Part shown: one piece after another, positions 1-10,269 of the stretch | Layout of the letters: each line of letters starts with the position of its first letter | Numbering within the stretch: the stretch's first letter is position 1 | From: an archaeon | GTDB taxonomy: Archaea > Nanobdellota > Nanobdellia > Woesearchaeales > GW2011-AR9 | Reading direction: 5' to 3' | DNA: 64,000 nucleotides | NCBI GenBank assembly: GCA_023259115.1 | Contig: JAHFQW010000001.1 | Span: forward strand, 81,937-145,936 | The notes under the pieces: generated by a model | What the model saw: the letters and a program-made list of their open reading frames with translations, nothing else | The model's database searches: none | Told to the model about the DNA's origin: nothing | Translations under genes and position numbers: made by a program

Positions 1-58
1 ATATATAAATTAAAAAATTAAAAAGGATAAATAGAATACATATTATGAGAAAGATATA

Positions 59-3000
59 ATGATGCAAGAACAGATTAGAAAATGTATGGGATTGTTTGTG
101 ATGTTTCTCTTTGTAGTGATGCCTCTGACTTCGGCGAGTGCGATGGCGGTGTCGGTGCAAATTACAAAAAATACAGGGGAAGCGAATGTGCCGGAGGTAA
201 TTGATGCGCAGGGGGATGTGTGGAGAGTTGAGGCGCTCATTACAGGTTTGGGTGCTGCAGAGGGGAGTGGTGGGGGAAATGGTAGTACTATTAATGCGCA
301 GGATGTGCATATGAAAATAGGGGAGAATGAGGAGTCGTTTACGAGTTGTTCTTCGAGCCCACTTGGGATTTTATGCCAATATGCGAGTCCGTTGCAAAAT
401 GGGGTGGCACAGGGAACGTATACGTTTACAGTTTTATATAATATGTTTAAGGATGTGTCAGGGAGTGGGGCTAATCCGAGTGCAACGGGTGTTGTGGCGG
501 CGGATGGGAGTGGGCCGAGTGTGAGTACACCAAGTGTTGTAATGGCGGGTGAGGGAAAAATTCATGTTGATTTTACGGTGAACGATTTGCCAGTTGATAA
601 GAATGCAGGACTTAAATCGGTTGAGATTTTGGATGCGGATAGTGGAGTGGTCTTGTTTAGTGTGAGTTCTTTTGAGAATGGCAAAGATACGTTTTCGTTT
701 GCGAATGATGGGGGGACAAAGGGAATTGTTTCTGTGCCTTGGAAAGATGAGGGACTAAAACGTATTAAAGTGCGGGCAGTGGATAGATTAGGACATGTGA
801 CGGCGAGTCCGCCTGTTGTGTCTTTTATGGTTGATTATGTGAAGCCGGTTATTTTGGATTCAACATTAGAGTTTTCTTCTCTTGGTAAATTTATGGGTTC
901 CGTGATTGTGTCAAGTGACATAAGTATTGATATTAATGAGAAAAATTTGAAGAAGGATAGTGTGATTGCGTATTCGGATCAGGCGGGGTTGAGTGGGCAG
1001 AGTGCGCAGTGTGATGTACTTGCTGGTAAAGAGATATGGCATTGTGTGTGGAAGAAGGTTGAGATAAAACCAGTGGAGAGCATTTCTATTAAGATTGCAG
1101 CAGAAGATGAGTCGGGTAATGTGGTTGAGAAAGTTATTTCAAAGTCGTTTACAAAAGATACGAGTGCACCTGTGGTTACGTTTTTTGGGTTGGAGCAGCA
1201 ATTTGAGGATCGAAGTTATTATCCTGCTACGGGTGGGGAACGCAAATTAGTGTTACAGGTTAAAGAGCAAGGTGCGGGGATGAGTATAGATGGGGTTCGT
1301 GCTAATTTAAAAGCGTTTGGCAGGGGTATAACTGAGATGCCTGAGAATTGTTCTGCGGTGGAAGGAACATTTTCGTGTTATTGGATGGTGAATAAACAGT
1401 TTGGTTCTGATGATGTGGTTCATGTTGGTTTATCAAAGTTTGTGGATGGGGTTGGTAATGAGGGGAAGGCGTCGGATATTGAAATTGTTGTTGATAAGGC
1501 CGTGCCAAAAGTTGTGAAAGCGGAATTTTATGGAGTATCGGATGTTGGGGATAAGGAATATTTTCAGAGTAATGATAAGATTAAGTTGAAGTTAACGATT
1601 GCGGAGGAGAATGGGATTGCGGTATTAGTTAATATGAATGATTTGGTTATGGATGCGCAAAATCAGTTTCCTGTAAATAGTTATACGCAAGGGCTTGCGG
1701 ATGAGGCGGGGTGGCAGTTGTTTACACCAGATTTATGTGTGCGGGATAAAGAGAAGAAGCAGTGGACGTGCGAATTGTTGACAACAAGTTTACGTAGTGG
1801 TCCTGATTCAGATGTGGCGTTTGATGTTTTGGTGGTGGATACGGCGGGGAATGTGGCAACGTGGGATGTTGCGCCTAAACATGTTAAAACGGGTTCAAAA
1901 GGAAAAGGTAATTTTAAGATTGATTTGTTAGGGGTGAGTTCAGAGAGTACGCCGGATTATTGGGAGGTTAGTTCTGTGAAAGCGCAAGGAGGAGATAGTG
2001 CGTTTATTGATTTAGATACGACTTCACTTACGTATACACGTTTGCCCTTTGAGGTGGATTTATCACATAAATTGGGGTCAGCTAAAGCGTTGAATATGGA
2101 GATGATTGGTTGTGAACCAAAAGGAGGAGCAGGGGGATTAGCGTTTAATGCAAATAAAACAACGGTTGCGAGTCCTACCGTGAGTCGCGCACTGCTGTAT
2201 GGGGGAAAGAGTGCTATAGGGGTTGATAATCCAAAACCAATAGTTGTGTTGGAATTTGAACCTTTTGATGGGAGGAAAATGTTTAGTTTGCCGTCTGAGG
2301 GTGAATTTGAGAAGAAGTTAGTTGAGTATGAGTGTTCGATTAAGATATATTCGGCGGTGGGTAGTTCGGCGTTGAAATCGGCAGAGATTCAAAAGGTTAG
2401 TGTGAAAGTGCCGTTTGCGTTTTCAACATTGGGCGCGAATGATGAGAATTTAGATGCGTTGGTGAAACAGGCAAAAGAGGATGTGAATTCGGGTGTGCTG
2501 CAGATTGGGAGATTACAGAAGTATATGAAATGGATTGATTATGGGGTGCAGACGGTGATGTTGGTTAAAGGAGTAGAACAGTTATATAGTAATGCACGTT
2601 CGGTATTAGAAGCTCCAACTCAATGGCCACCATCAAAAGCAGGTTCTATTACTGCTTGTTTTGGATTTACTAGCGCTGAAGCTTCAACAGAAAAAGGTAT
2701 ATCTTATTTGGATCAAATTCTCCAAGTATTAACTTGTCGAGGAACGGAGGCTGGCTTGGGATGGTATGGGGCTTGGCAGGAGACGATTTTGAAGTTATAT
2801 AATGTTGAGATGTTACGAGCACCGGATCCGGGACGGCCAAGTTTTGGGGCACCGGCGCGTGATATTAAAGAGAATTTGTATTTATCAATGGCGGGGTTAT
2901 GTGTTCCGGGGATTATTAAGAATGTGGATAAGTATAGGCAGATTAAATGTCGGAAGGTGTATTGTTTACAAAATGAAGTGAAAGCGGGAAGCGCAACGGT

Positions 3001-3331
3001 TGCGATGTGTGATGAATTGGATGGTTTACTTACATGCAAGTATTTCTTTGGGGAGTTGTGGTATATTTTACCGTTCTCACAATTCTATGATAAAACGATA
3101 AAAGCGTTATGGGATGTGTTTCGTGGACCAATTGAAATTATTCGTAATGCAAATATTGTTGGGTGTGGATTATTATGTGCATATAGTCCTTCGGGTGCTA
3201 CTTTCTGTTCTTATACTACTTATTTTTGGCAAGTTATAGATTACATTGAGAGCATGGTTGGGTTTATTACGACAGTGAAAAATGATATACAAGCAGGCGG
3301 GCTACAGTATTGTGATTCGGTGGGGTTGTAG
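59..3331 (+). CDS. Large secreted/surface protein with Ig-like repeats and a Cys-rich C-terminal membrane-associated region
   Basis: 1090-aa ORF; N-terminal signal peptide; repeated 'A.D..GN' Ig-like motifs; Cys-rich hydrophobic C-terminus. Confidence 0.7.
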   Translation: MMQEQIRKCMGLFVMFLFVVMPLTSASAMAVSVQITKNTGEANVPEVIDAQGDVWRVEALITGLGAAEGSGGGNGSTINAQDVHMKIGENEESFTSCSSSPLGILCQYASPLQNGVAQGTYTFTVLYNMFKDVSGSGANPSATGVVAADGSGPSVSTPSVVMAGEGKIHVDFTVNDLPVDKNAGLKSVEILDADSGVVLFSVSSFENGKDTFSFANDGGTKGIVSVPWKDEGLKRIKVRAVDRLGHVTASPPVVSFMVDYVKPVILDSTLEFSSLGKFMGSVIVSSDISIDINEKNLKKDSVIAYSDQAGLSGQSAQCDVLAGKEIWHCVWKKVEIKPVESISIKIAAEDESGNVVEKVISKSFTKDTSAPVVTFFGLEQQFEDRSYYPATGGERKLVLQVKEQGAGMSIDGVRANLKAFGRGITEMPENCSAVEGTFSCYWMVNKQFGSDDVVHVGLSKFVDGVGNEGKASDIEIVVDKAVPKVVKAEFYGVSDVGDKEYFQSNDKIKLKLTIAEENGIAVLVNMNDLVMDAQNQFPVNSYTQGLADEAGWQLFTPDLCVRDKEKKQWTCELLTTSLRSGPDSDVAFDVLVVDTAGNVATWDVAPKHVKTGSKGKGNFKIDLLGVSSESTPDYWEVSSVKAQGGDSAFIDLDTTSLTYTRLPFEVDLSHKLGSAKALNMEMIGCEPKGGAGGLAFNANKTTVASPTVSRALLYGGKSAIGVDNPKPIVVLEFEPFDGRKMFSLPSEGEFEKKLVEYECSIKIYSAVGSSALKSAEIQKVSVKVPFAFSTLGANDENLDALVKQAKEDVNSGVLQIGRLQKYMKWIDYGVQTVMLVKGVEQLYSNARSVLEAPTQWPPSKAGSITACFGFTSAEASTEKGISYLDQILQVLTCRGTEAGLGWYGAWQETILKLYNVEMLRAPDPGRPSFGAPARDIKENLYLSMAGLCVPGIIKNVDKYRQIKCRKVYCLQNEVKAGSATVAMCDELDGLLTCKYFFGELWYILPFSQFYDKTIKALWDVFRGPIEIIRNANIVGCGLLCAYSPSGATFCSYTTYFWQVIDYIESMVGFITTVKNDIQAGGLQYCDSVGL

Positions 3332-3354
3332 TGGAATTTGGTGGGTTAAAGAAA

Positions 3355-4190
3355 ATGATTGAAAAAGTTGCGAAACATAAGCAGTATGATGGACTTATTA
3401 AAGAAGTTGGTGTTTTGTTAGAGGAAGCACGAAAAAATGTGTATTATCAGGTTAACCAGATTCTTGTTAAAACGTATTGGGAGATTGGGAAGAGAATTGT
3501 GCAGTTTGAACAGCAGGGCAATAAAAAAGCTGAATATGGAGACAAAATTTTAGATACGTTGGCCGTTGATTTAAAATTAAATTATGGGAAAGGTTTTAGT
3601 AGAAGCAATGTTTATTCGATGCGTTTGTTTTATCTTAAGTATACAAAAATCCAGACAGTGTCTGGAAAATTAAGTTGGTCACATTATTGTGAACTTCTCA
3701 GTGTGTCTGATGATTTAGCTCGGGGTTTTTATGAAAAACAATGTTTAATGGAGAATTGGAGTATAAGAGAGTTGAATCGTCAGATTAATTCTATGCTTTT
3801 TGAGAGAATTGCTTTGAGCAAGGATAAGAAAGAAGTTTTAAAGCTTTCTTATAAAGGGCAAGTTATAGAATCGGAGTATGATATCATTAAAGATCCTTAT
3901 GTTCTTGAATTTCTCAAGATTCCTGAAAATTCTAAGTATAGCGAAAAAGAACTCGAACAAAAGATTATTGATAATTTACAGTTATTTTTATTAGAGTTAG
4001 GAAAAGGTTTTACGTTTGTGGCACGGCAATTTAGACTGACTTTGAATAATAGTCATTATTATGTTGATTTGGTTTTTTATCATCGAATTTTGCGTTGGGT
4101 GGTATTTCCAATAAATTGTTTGTTTCACGATATAAGTTGTATTTGCCTTCCAAAGAGGAGTTGGTGAGGGAAATACAGAAACTGATTTAA
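3355..4190 (+). pseudogene. YhcG/DUF1016 PD-(D/E)xK nuclease family, internally deleted and frameshifted
   Basis: YWEIG, LSWSHY, IKDPYVLEFL and FLLELGKGF motifs. The ORF loses family-like sequence after YHRILR; the typical tail (SRYKLYLPSKEEL...*) follows in another frame and ends at 4190. Confidence 0.75.
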
Positions 4191-4213
4191 ATGCTTGGAT
4201 ATTACTAGAGATT

Positions 4214-4399
4214 ATGATGAAAAAAGAGGGGATGATTGGAGTTGTACTTTTGGTGTTTCTTAGTGTTAGTTTTGTGTCTGCAGCGGAGGATTCGTGTTTG
4301 GGATTTTTTGGCAGGGTTTCTTGTATTCTGTGGGGGGATCCTAGTGTACGTGCGAATATAGCAGGGGAGGCGATGAGGAATGTGGTGAATGTAAGATGA
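4214..4399 (+). CDS. Small secreted peptide duplicating the N-terminal module of the 1324-aa protein
   Basis: Signal peptide plus AAEDSCLGFFGRVSCILWGDPSVRANIAGEA, nearly identical to the start of ORF 5048. Confidence 0.55.
   Translation: MMKKEGMIGVVLLVFLSVSFVSAAEDSCLGFFGRVSCILWGDPSVRANIAGEAMRNVVNVR
4283..4372 (+). repeat. 90-bp direct repeat, copy 1
   Basis: Matches 5120-5209 with 2 mismatches. Confidence 0.9.
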
Positions 4400-4905
4400 A
4401 ACGGTTGTTACTTGATACGAATATTTATGGGGAGATGGTTGTTGATGATACTCTTACTATTTTGATTGATACATATGAACAAAAAAAAGATTTGATGGTG
4501 TATGGCTTTACGGTTGTACGTAAAGAGTTACGAGATACTCCACCTCTTAAAAAAATGTTGGGTCGTAATTTACGGGTTGCTTTACTTTCTCTTTATGATC
4601 CAATTGTTAAAGATCACTTATTGATTGTTGATGAGAAAGCATTACAACTCATCGCTGAAGAATATTTTAAACAGTATAAACAATTGGGTGGTGCAAAGTC
4701 TTTTCGTGTGTTAGAGAAAGATTACTTGGTTGTTGCCTGTGGTTCACAGAAAGGGATGGATATTGTTGTGAGTAATGATGATGCATCTATGCTCTCCGAG
4801 TTATCACTGAGAGCGTATGCATTGGTTAATGAGCGGTTGAAATTAAGAAGTCCTGATTTTTTAGATTATAATCAATTTAAAAGTTTGGTTTTTGAGGGGG
4901 TATGA
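4396..4905 (+). CDS. PIN-domain protein (VapC-like)
   Basis: LLLDTNIY start; DYLVVAC and VVSND motifs. Confidence 0.75.
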   Translation: MKRLLLDTNIYGEMVVDDTLTILIDTYEQKKDLMVYGFTVVRKELRDTPPLKKMLGRNLRVALLSLYDPIVKDHLLIVDEKALQLIAEEYFKQYKQLGGAKSFRVLEKDYLVVACGSQKGMDIVVSNDDASMLSELSLRAYALVNERLKLRSPDFLDYNQFKSLVFEGV

Positions 4906-5003
4906 CCGGTATGCATACGGATAAATTGGTAGGCGGCACGAATGAATTCAGGGTCTTTTTGCCATTCTTTGATTTGTGTCGTTATATCTTTCTTTTGTTT
5001 CAT
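4872..5003 (-). CDS. 43-aa small protein convergent on the PIN gene (candidate antitoxin)
   Basis: Manual translation MKQKKDITTQIKEWQKDPEFIRAAYQFIRMHTGHTPSKTKLLN*; TATA-like TTATATATAA about 20-30 bp upstream. Confidence 0.5.
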   Translation of the reverse strand: MKQKKDITTQIKEWQKDPEFIRAAYQFIRMHTGHTPSKTKLLN

Positions 5004-5047
5004 GATACTATTAAAGAAAAGCTTATATATAAAGATTTCGTGCTAGA

Positions 5048-8000
5048 ATGATGATGTCAATACAGAGGGTGATAGGACTGGGTTTTATGTTTCTTATACT
5101 TTTGAGTGTATTTGTTGCGGCGGAGGATTCGTGTTTGGGATTTTTTGGCAGGGTTTCTTGTATTCTGTGGGGTGATCCTAGTCTACGTGCGAATATAGCA
5201 GGGGAGGCGTTTGGAAGTGCTGGGAATTTGGTGGGAGGGGCGTATGGCTCTTGCAATGACTTATCTAATTCTAATCTTAAATCTTTTTGTAAAACACAAG
5301 ATGACACACCAAAAACACATCTTCTTTATTTAGCAGATATGTATGGTGAGAACGTTGCTAAAGGAATATATGATAAAGAGAATAATGGGGGAAATGTTTT
5401 TTTTAAAGATAAAAAGGGTGATTATTATTATATGGATTCTTCTGGTCATTCGTCCAAACAAGGTTTCTCTAATAATCAAGAACAGGCTTATAATGATTTA
5501 AAAGGAGGAGTTATAGACCAGACTCAATTTAATCAAAAAGTGGGACAATTACAACTTAAAGCTGATATTAATAAGATTTATGATTCTAGTGATGTACCTT
5601 CACAATTTAGAAAGTCAGGATCTACATTAGGTGCTCAAGCAGATGCCGAAAAGTGGAAAAAAGTTACAGAGAGTGATGTTCCTTCTGAACAAAGAGAGAA
5701 TCTTTATAAAAAAGGGAAAGTTGAAACAGATATTCAAAGTAGTGGTGAAAAGCATTATATCTCTGAATTTGAAATAAAAGGAAATTCAGTTGTTAAAACT
5801 GATAAGTATGCATCTGCCTTTGGTTTTAAGACTGATCAAGCTTTTGTTGAATTTGCAGATAAAGTAAAAAGTGTGCCTGGTTCATATAAAGACTTAGCGG
5901 TTCAATATATTATATGGAAAGATGCAAATAATGATGGAAAAACTCAAATTGATGTTGATTCCTGGTTAAAATCTCGAGAGCCAAAACCAGCAGCACCTAG
6001 CGTGTCTCCTGCGCCAATAGCTGCTTCTGGTAGTGATCCTCAAAAAATATTAGATGCTAGCAAGCCTGAAGGGGCTAGTTTCGTTGAGACGGATTCTCAG
6101 AAACATATAGGATATTATGTGAAAGGGGAAGAGGTTTATGCAGTAGTGGGTGGAAAATGGGTAAAGACTGATTCACTGGTATATCAAAATGGAAATGTTA
6201 TTTCTGCAGCATCTGCAGCAAAATCTCAGGAAGGTTCTGGAAAAGTTGCGGTGTCTCAAGGAGAAACTAATGTTAAAAAAACTGTAGTGAAAGGTATTAC
6301 TGGAAAAAAGGTAAAAAGTAAGCCAGCAGCTAAAAAGGAGGACAAGATTGAAGAGACTACAACAGAGTCTGCTATTCCAATAAAAGAGTCAACTGGGTTT
6401 ACTCATAATGAAAAAGGGGAAGTACTTAAAGATGGTACTAAAGTCGAAGGGGTTATTTATGATGCTAAATCAGATTCTTATAGAGTAACAACAGGTTATA
6501 TTTGGAAATTTAATAGTGATGATAATCTAGATGTTCAAAGAGAGCCGAAAGGGGATTATGTGATTATTGAAGATAAAAGTAACAAATTAGTGGTGTTTCA
6601 AAAGCAATCTGATAATAGTGGTTATAAACTATATGAAGATGGTAATGCGAAAGGGAATGTTGTTTCTGATATAAATAAGCAAGTCCATGATGCAATTGTT
6701 GCAGGAACATACGTGAGTGCGGGGAATAACGAGAAGATAGTTGATACACAACGTGAGGTTGTTCTTAAAGAATATGTTGGTGATGAGTTGTCTAAAAAGT
6801 ATGGTAAGTCCATTGATTGGGATAAAAGGAATGGTGAGCTTGTAAGCTCTGAGGGTGATCAAGTTTTTGAGCTGAAAACTATTAATGGAAAAATAGTTGT
6901 AGATTCTAAATTAAATAGCATGAATGAAGTGAAGGTTACTATAAAAGATGCTAAAGGAGAGGATGATAAGAGTAAGTCATCTATTGTGATTGTTCAGAGT
7001 GGCACAACGGTTTTGAGTGCGTCTTTGGCTGATAAAGAGAAAGGGTTGGCGCAGGTAGAAGGATTTAAAGGTGGGGTGTTTGTGGGAAAAGATAATTTTG
7101 ATGACAAAGTTAAAGATGTAACTGATGGAAAAGCGGTTACTGTTTTTGATTCAGAAGAAGCAATGAAAGCTAATAAGCCGCGAGGGGATTTTAAAGCAGA
7201 TGAGAAACAACGGGTTGCTACGGATTATATTGATGAATCACAATTTGTGGTTAAGAAAAATGGCGAGATAACGAAGTTGACTGGGGATTATTATAAGAAA
7301 GGGGAGACGGGCTTTTTGGGGAGTAGTGATAAGAAGTGTAATGATGATAATGGTTGTTTCAAACCAAGCAAGGGAGAGATTTATGAGAAGGTGACAGTTA
7401 AGGATGATAAAGGAAAAGAGGTTCAAGTTGATAAGTTAAAGTATTTGGCGGATTATGATACGGAAGGATTAGGGGCGGGGCAGAAGTTGGAGAGAGTGGA
7501 GTTGTATGATCCAAAAACGGGGAGGTATGTGGGGGCAGAGGATAGAGATGTGAGTGGTAATTTAAAATGGAGAGTTGTAAATAATCAAAAAGGCTATGTT
7601 TATGTAACAAATGATAAAGGACAAACTTCTTCTTTGTTAGAAGAAAATGATGATCAAGGCATAAAAGATTGGTTAAATAATGGAAGAAATACTGTTAAAA
7701 GTGTTGGGCAATTAGAAGTAGAATTAGGTAGTGATAGTCCTAAGTTAAAATCTATAGGTGATAGTTTTATTGTTAAAGTAAGTGAAGGAACATTACAGAC
7801 TCAAGTTGATTATAGTTACAATGGGAAACCTGTTAGTTGTGAGAAAGGAAATTGTTATTATGTTACCTATGAAGCTAATCCTACCTTTGATAGAACTAAA
7901 CCTACGGCTAGTGACACTCATATTATTGTAAGAGGAGAACAATTATCTTCAAATGAGGTAGCTAATGTTGTAGCTCGTAGCGGGGATAAAGCTAATGAGC

Positions 8001-9022
8001 TGGATAGAGCGTTGCATCCTGATGCTAAAGAATCTTCTTTAAATGAAGAAGATGTGAAAAAAGCTCAAGAAGTTGCAACTGATAGTTCTGGTGCTACTAA
8101 TTTAAAAAATGCACAAAAATCTTTAGAATCTATCTATGCTATAGAGAATTCTATTAAATCGTATCCGGCGTTGAGTCAGTTGATTTTTGGAAGTAATGGA
8201 ACTGTTGCTAATTGGAGAAATAATGCGGATAGAACGTTTGCGCCGATGCTGGGTACGAATTGGTTTCCCTCTGCTATTTGTGAAGGACATTATGATATTC
8301 AACCTGCGGGGTCTGCGGTGATTAAAACAAGTACGGGGACGTATCAGGCGGTGGCGCATGTGGAGGGGGAGATTTCTGATACGAAAACGCCGTTGTTGTG
8401 TTATAGGAATCCTGATAAGGAAGCCAAAGAGAAGTTTGTGTGTGATAGTGGAGAAGTGTGTGGTAGTGATGAGTTGTGTTATGCGGATACGAATGAGGAT
8501 GGGGAAGCGGATTCAGATAAACCACTGCAAGGCTTTTTCTATAAAATTACATGGTCGGTGACAGCACCACGAGATGAGAAGTTGACGCCGTTTATTGATG
8601 AGAATGGGGTAGCGGTGAAGTTTAATGTGGGGGTGGATGAAGTTGCGGATGGTGAGGTAGCATCGGGTGCGGCATTCAAACCATTCTATTCGATTAATGG
8701 GAATACGATTGGACCAATTGAGTTGAAGAATGGGCAATCAGATAAAGATGTGGTGACGCATTATTCGGATAAAGAGTTTAAAGAAGTGTGTATCAAATGG
8801 GCGGCAGCACCGTTGACTGTGCCAACTCCGGGAATTGCTGCGGTGGGATCATTTGGGTTATCTTCTGTTGGGGGTCTTACTAATTCAGTTGAGACAGTCC
8901 CTAACGTCTGTTTTACGTTGACAAAGTCGTCTGTGGGTAAAGTTTCTTGGGAACAGTCAGGCAAGAGCGAGGGGACAACATCTACAGTTTCAAATGGACG
9001 TGTGGCGAGGACGAGTTGGTAG
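5048..9022 (+). CDS. Very large secreted protein with a Lys/Asp-rich variable middle and a Cys-containing C-terminal domain
   Basis: 1324-aa ORF with signal peptide; compositionally mosaic. Confidence 0.7.
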   Translation: MMMSIQRVIGLGFMFLILLSVFVAAEDSCLGFFGRVSCILWGDPSLRANIAGEAFGSAGNLVGGAYGSCNDLSNSNLKSFCKTQDDTPKTHLLYLADMYGENVAKGIYDKENNGGNVFFKDKKGDYYYMDSSGHSSKQGFSNNQEQAYNDLKGGVIDQTQFNQKVGQLQLKADINKIYDSSDVPSQFRKSGSTLGAQADAEKWKKVTESDVPSEQRENLYKKGKVETDIQSSGEKHYISEFEIKGNSVVKTDKYASAFGFKTDQAFVEFADKVKSVPGSYKDLAVQYIIWKDANNDGKTQIDVDSWLKSREPKPAAPSVSPAPIAASGSDPQKILDASKPEGASFVETDSQKHIGYYVKGEEVYAVVGGKWVKTDSLVYQNGNVISAASAAKSQEGSGKVAVSQGETNVKKTVVKGITGKKVKSKPAAKKEDKIEETTTESAIPIKESTGFTHNEKGEVLKDGTKVEGVIYDAKSDSYRVTTGYIWKFNSDDNLDVQREPKGDYVIIEDKSNKLVVFQKQSDNSGYKLYEDGNAKGNVVSDINKQVHDAIVAGTYVSAGNNEKIVDTQREVVLKEYVGDELSKKYGKSIDWDKRNGELVSSEGDQVFELKTINGKIVVDSKLNSMNEVKVTIKDAKGEDDKSKSSIVIVQSGTTVLSASLADKEKGLAQVEGFKGGVFVGKDNFDDKVKDVTDGKAVTVFDSEEAMKANKPRGDFKADEKQRVATDYIDESQFVVKKNGEITKLTGDYYKKGETGFLGSSDKKCNDDNGCFKPSKGEIYEKVTVKDDKGKEVQVDKLKYLADYDTEGLGAGQKLERVELYDPKTGRYVGAEDRDVSGNLKWRVVNNQKGYVYVTNDKGQTSSLLEENDDQGIKDWLNNGRNTVKSVGQLEVELGSDSPKLKSIGDSFIVKVSEGTLQTQVDYSYNGKPVSCEKGNCYYVTYEANPTFDRTKPTASDTHIIVRGEQLSSNEVANVVARSGDKANELDRALHPDAKESSLNEEDVKKAQEVATDSSGATNLKNAQKSLESIYAIENSIKSYPALSQLIFGSNGTVANWRNNADRTFAPMLGTNWFPSAICEGHYDIQPAGSAVIKTSTGTYQAVAHVEGEISDTKTPLLCYRNPDKEAKEKFVCDSGEVCGSDELCYADTNEDGEADSDKPLQGFFYKITWSVTAPRDEKLTPFIDENGVAVKFNVGVDEVADGEVASGAAFKPFYSINGNTIGPIELKNGQSDKDVVTHYSDKEFKEVCIKWAAAPLTVPTPGIAAVGSFGLSSVGGLTNSVETVPNVCFTLTKSSVGKVSWEQSGKSEGTTSTVSNGRVARTSW
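5120..5209 (+). repeat. 90-bp direct repeat, copy 2
   Basis: Matches 4283-4372. Confidence 0.9.
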
Positions 9023-9057
9023 AAATGTTTATATAACTTATAGATATTCAGAGTGAT

Positions 9058-9447
9058 ATGGATATACAGAAAATCGTACAAAAAATATTAAAATTGGATA
9101 CAAAGAAAAAAGTGAAGTTCATAGTTCTTTTTGGGAGTGTGGCGAGAGGAGAGCATACCCCCCTTTCTGATATTGATTTTGCGGTGTATTATGATGGAAA
9201 AGTAGATGAACGATTTCGATTTCGTATCAAATTATTGGGTTTATTGCCAGATAGAGCTGATGTTCAGATGTTTCAAGATTTACCGTTGGCAGTACAAAAA
9301 GAGGTTATCAAAGGAAAAGTAGTATATTCAAATAATTTTCAGTTTGTGTTTGACTCGTTTATGAACGTTATCAAAGAGTTTAGTACGTTTGAAAAGTATT
9401 ATAATCGCGCTTTGGAAGAATTACGTAAAGAAGTGGGTGTGGTATGA
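9058..9447 (+). CDS. Minimal nucleotidyltransferase (MNT) antitoxin
   Basis: LFGSVARG...SDIDFAV motif. Confidence 0.9.
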   Translation: MDIQKIVQKILKLDTKKKVKFIVLFGSVARGEHTPLSDIDFAVYYDGKVDERFRFRIKLLGLLPDRADVQMFQDLPLAVQKEVIKGKVVYSNNFQFVFDSFMNVIKEFSTFEKYYNRALEELRKEVGVV

Positions 9448-9866
9448 ATTTTAAAGATCGTATTATTTTGAAACTGCAAGAGATGAATAGGTACTTGCGT
9501 GATTTGGAAGAACTGCTGCCAGAGGATAAGAAAATTTATCTTATGAATCTCATGCAGCGAAGAGCATGTGAGAAGACAATAGAATTGGCAATTGAGGCGG
9601 TTATTGATATTGTGGCAATGATTGTTTCATATGAGAAATTAGGTGTGCCTGAGAGTGAGGATGATTTGATTAATTTCTTAGCAAAGAAAACGATTTTAAC
9701 ACAAAGAGTAAGAAACACCATACCTAAAATGAAAGGGTTTCGTAATATTTTAGTGCATAAATATGGCGAAATTGATAATGGTTTAGTTTATATGTTTTTA
9801 TCGGAGAAATTGGATGATTTTTATGAATTTGAAAAAGAGATTAAACGATATTTACAAAGAAACTAA
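9444..9866 (+). CDS. HEPN/DUF86 RNase toxin
   Basis: GFRNILVHKY (Rx4H) motif; overlaps the MNT stop codon. Confidence 0.9.
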   Translation: MNFKDRIILKLQEMNRYLRDLEELLPEDKKIYLMNLMQRRACEKTIELAIEAVIDIVAMIVSYEKLGVPESEDDLINFLAKKTILTQRVRNTIPKMKGFRNILVHKYGEIDNGLVYMFLSEKLDDFYEFEKEIKRYLQRN

Positions 9867-9888
9867 CATAAATAAGGTGAAAAATATA

Positions 9889-10221
9889 ATGCAACAATGT
9901 GATGAATGTAGTAAGGGTGTACTGAAAAAACAGAAAGTGGATTATATGTTACTTGGACATAATTTGGGAACGTTTGATGCATTAGTGTGTAGTGTATGTA
10001 CAGAAACAATTTTTGAAGGGGATACTTTTGGACTTATTGAGCAAAGAGCAAAAGAGAAAGGGTTGTGGGGTATTTCTGCTAAAACTCGTATTGGTACGTC
10101 TGGCAATGCGTTAGATGTTAAGATTCCAAAGCAAGTGGTTTCTTTTCTTCGGTTGAAGAAAGGACAAGAAGTTTTAATTGAACCCGTTGATGAAAAACGA
10201 TTTCAAGTGCAGATTATTTAA
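9889..10221 (+). CDS. YgiT-type zinc finger fused to an AbrB/MazE-like DNA-binding domain
   Basis: CDEC...CSVC, then GTSGNALDVKIPK; start placed after GGTGA RBS. Confidence 0.7.
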   Translation: MQQCDECSKGVLKKQKVDYMLLGHNLGTFDALVCSVCTETIFEGDTFGLIEQRAKEKGLWGISAKTRIGTSGNALDVKIPKQVVSFLRLKKGQEVLIEPVDEKRFQVQII

Positions 10222-10269
10222 TTGAATAAAACCATAGGTTTTTTATAGTCATATTGATTTTGTGGTGGT

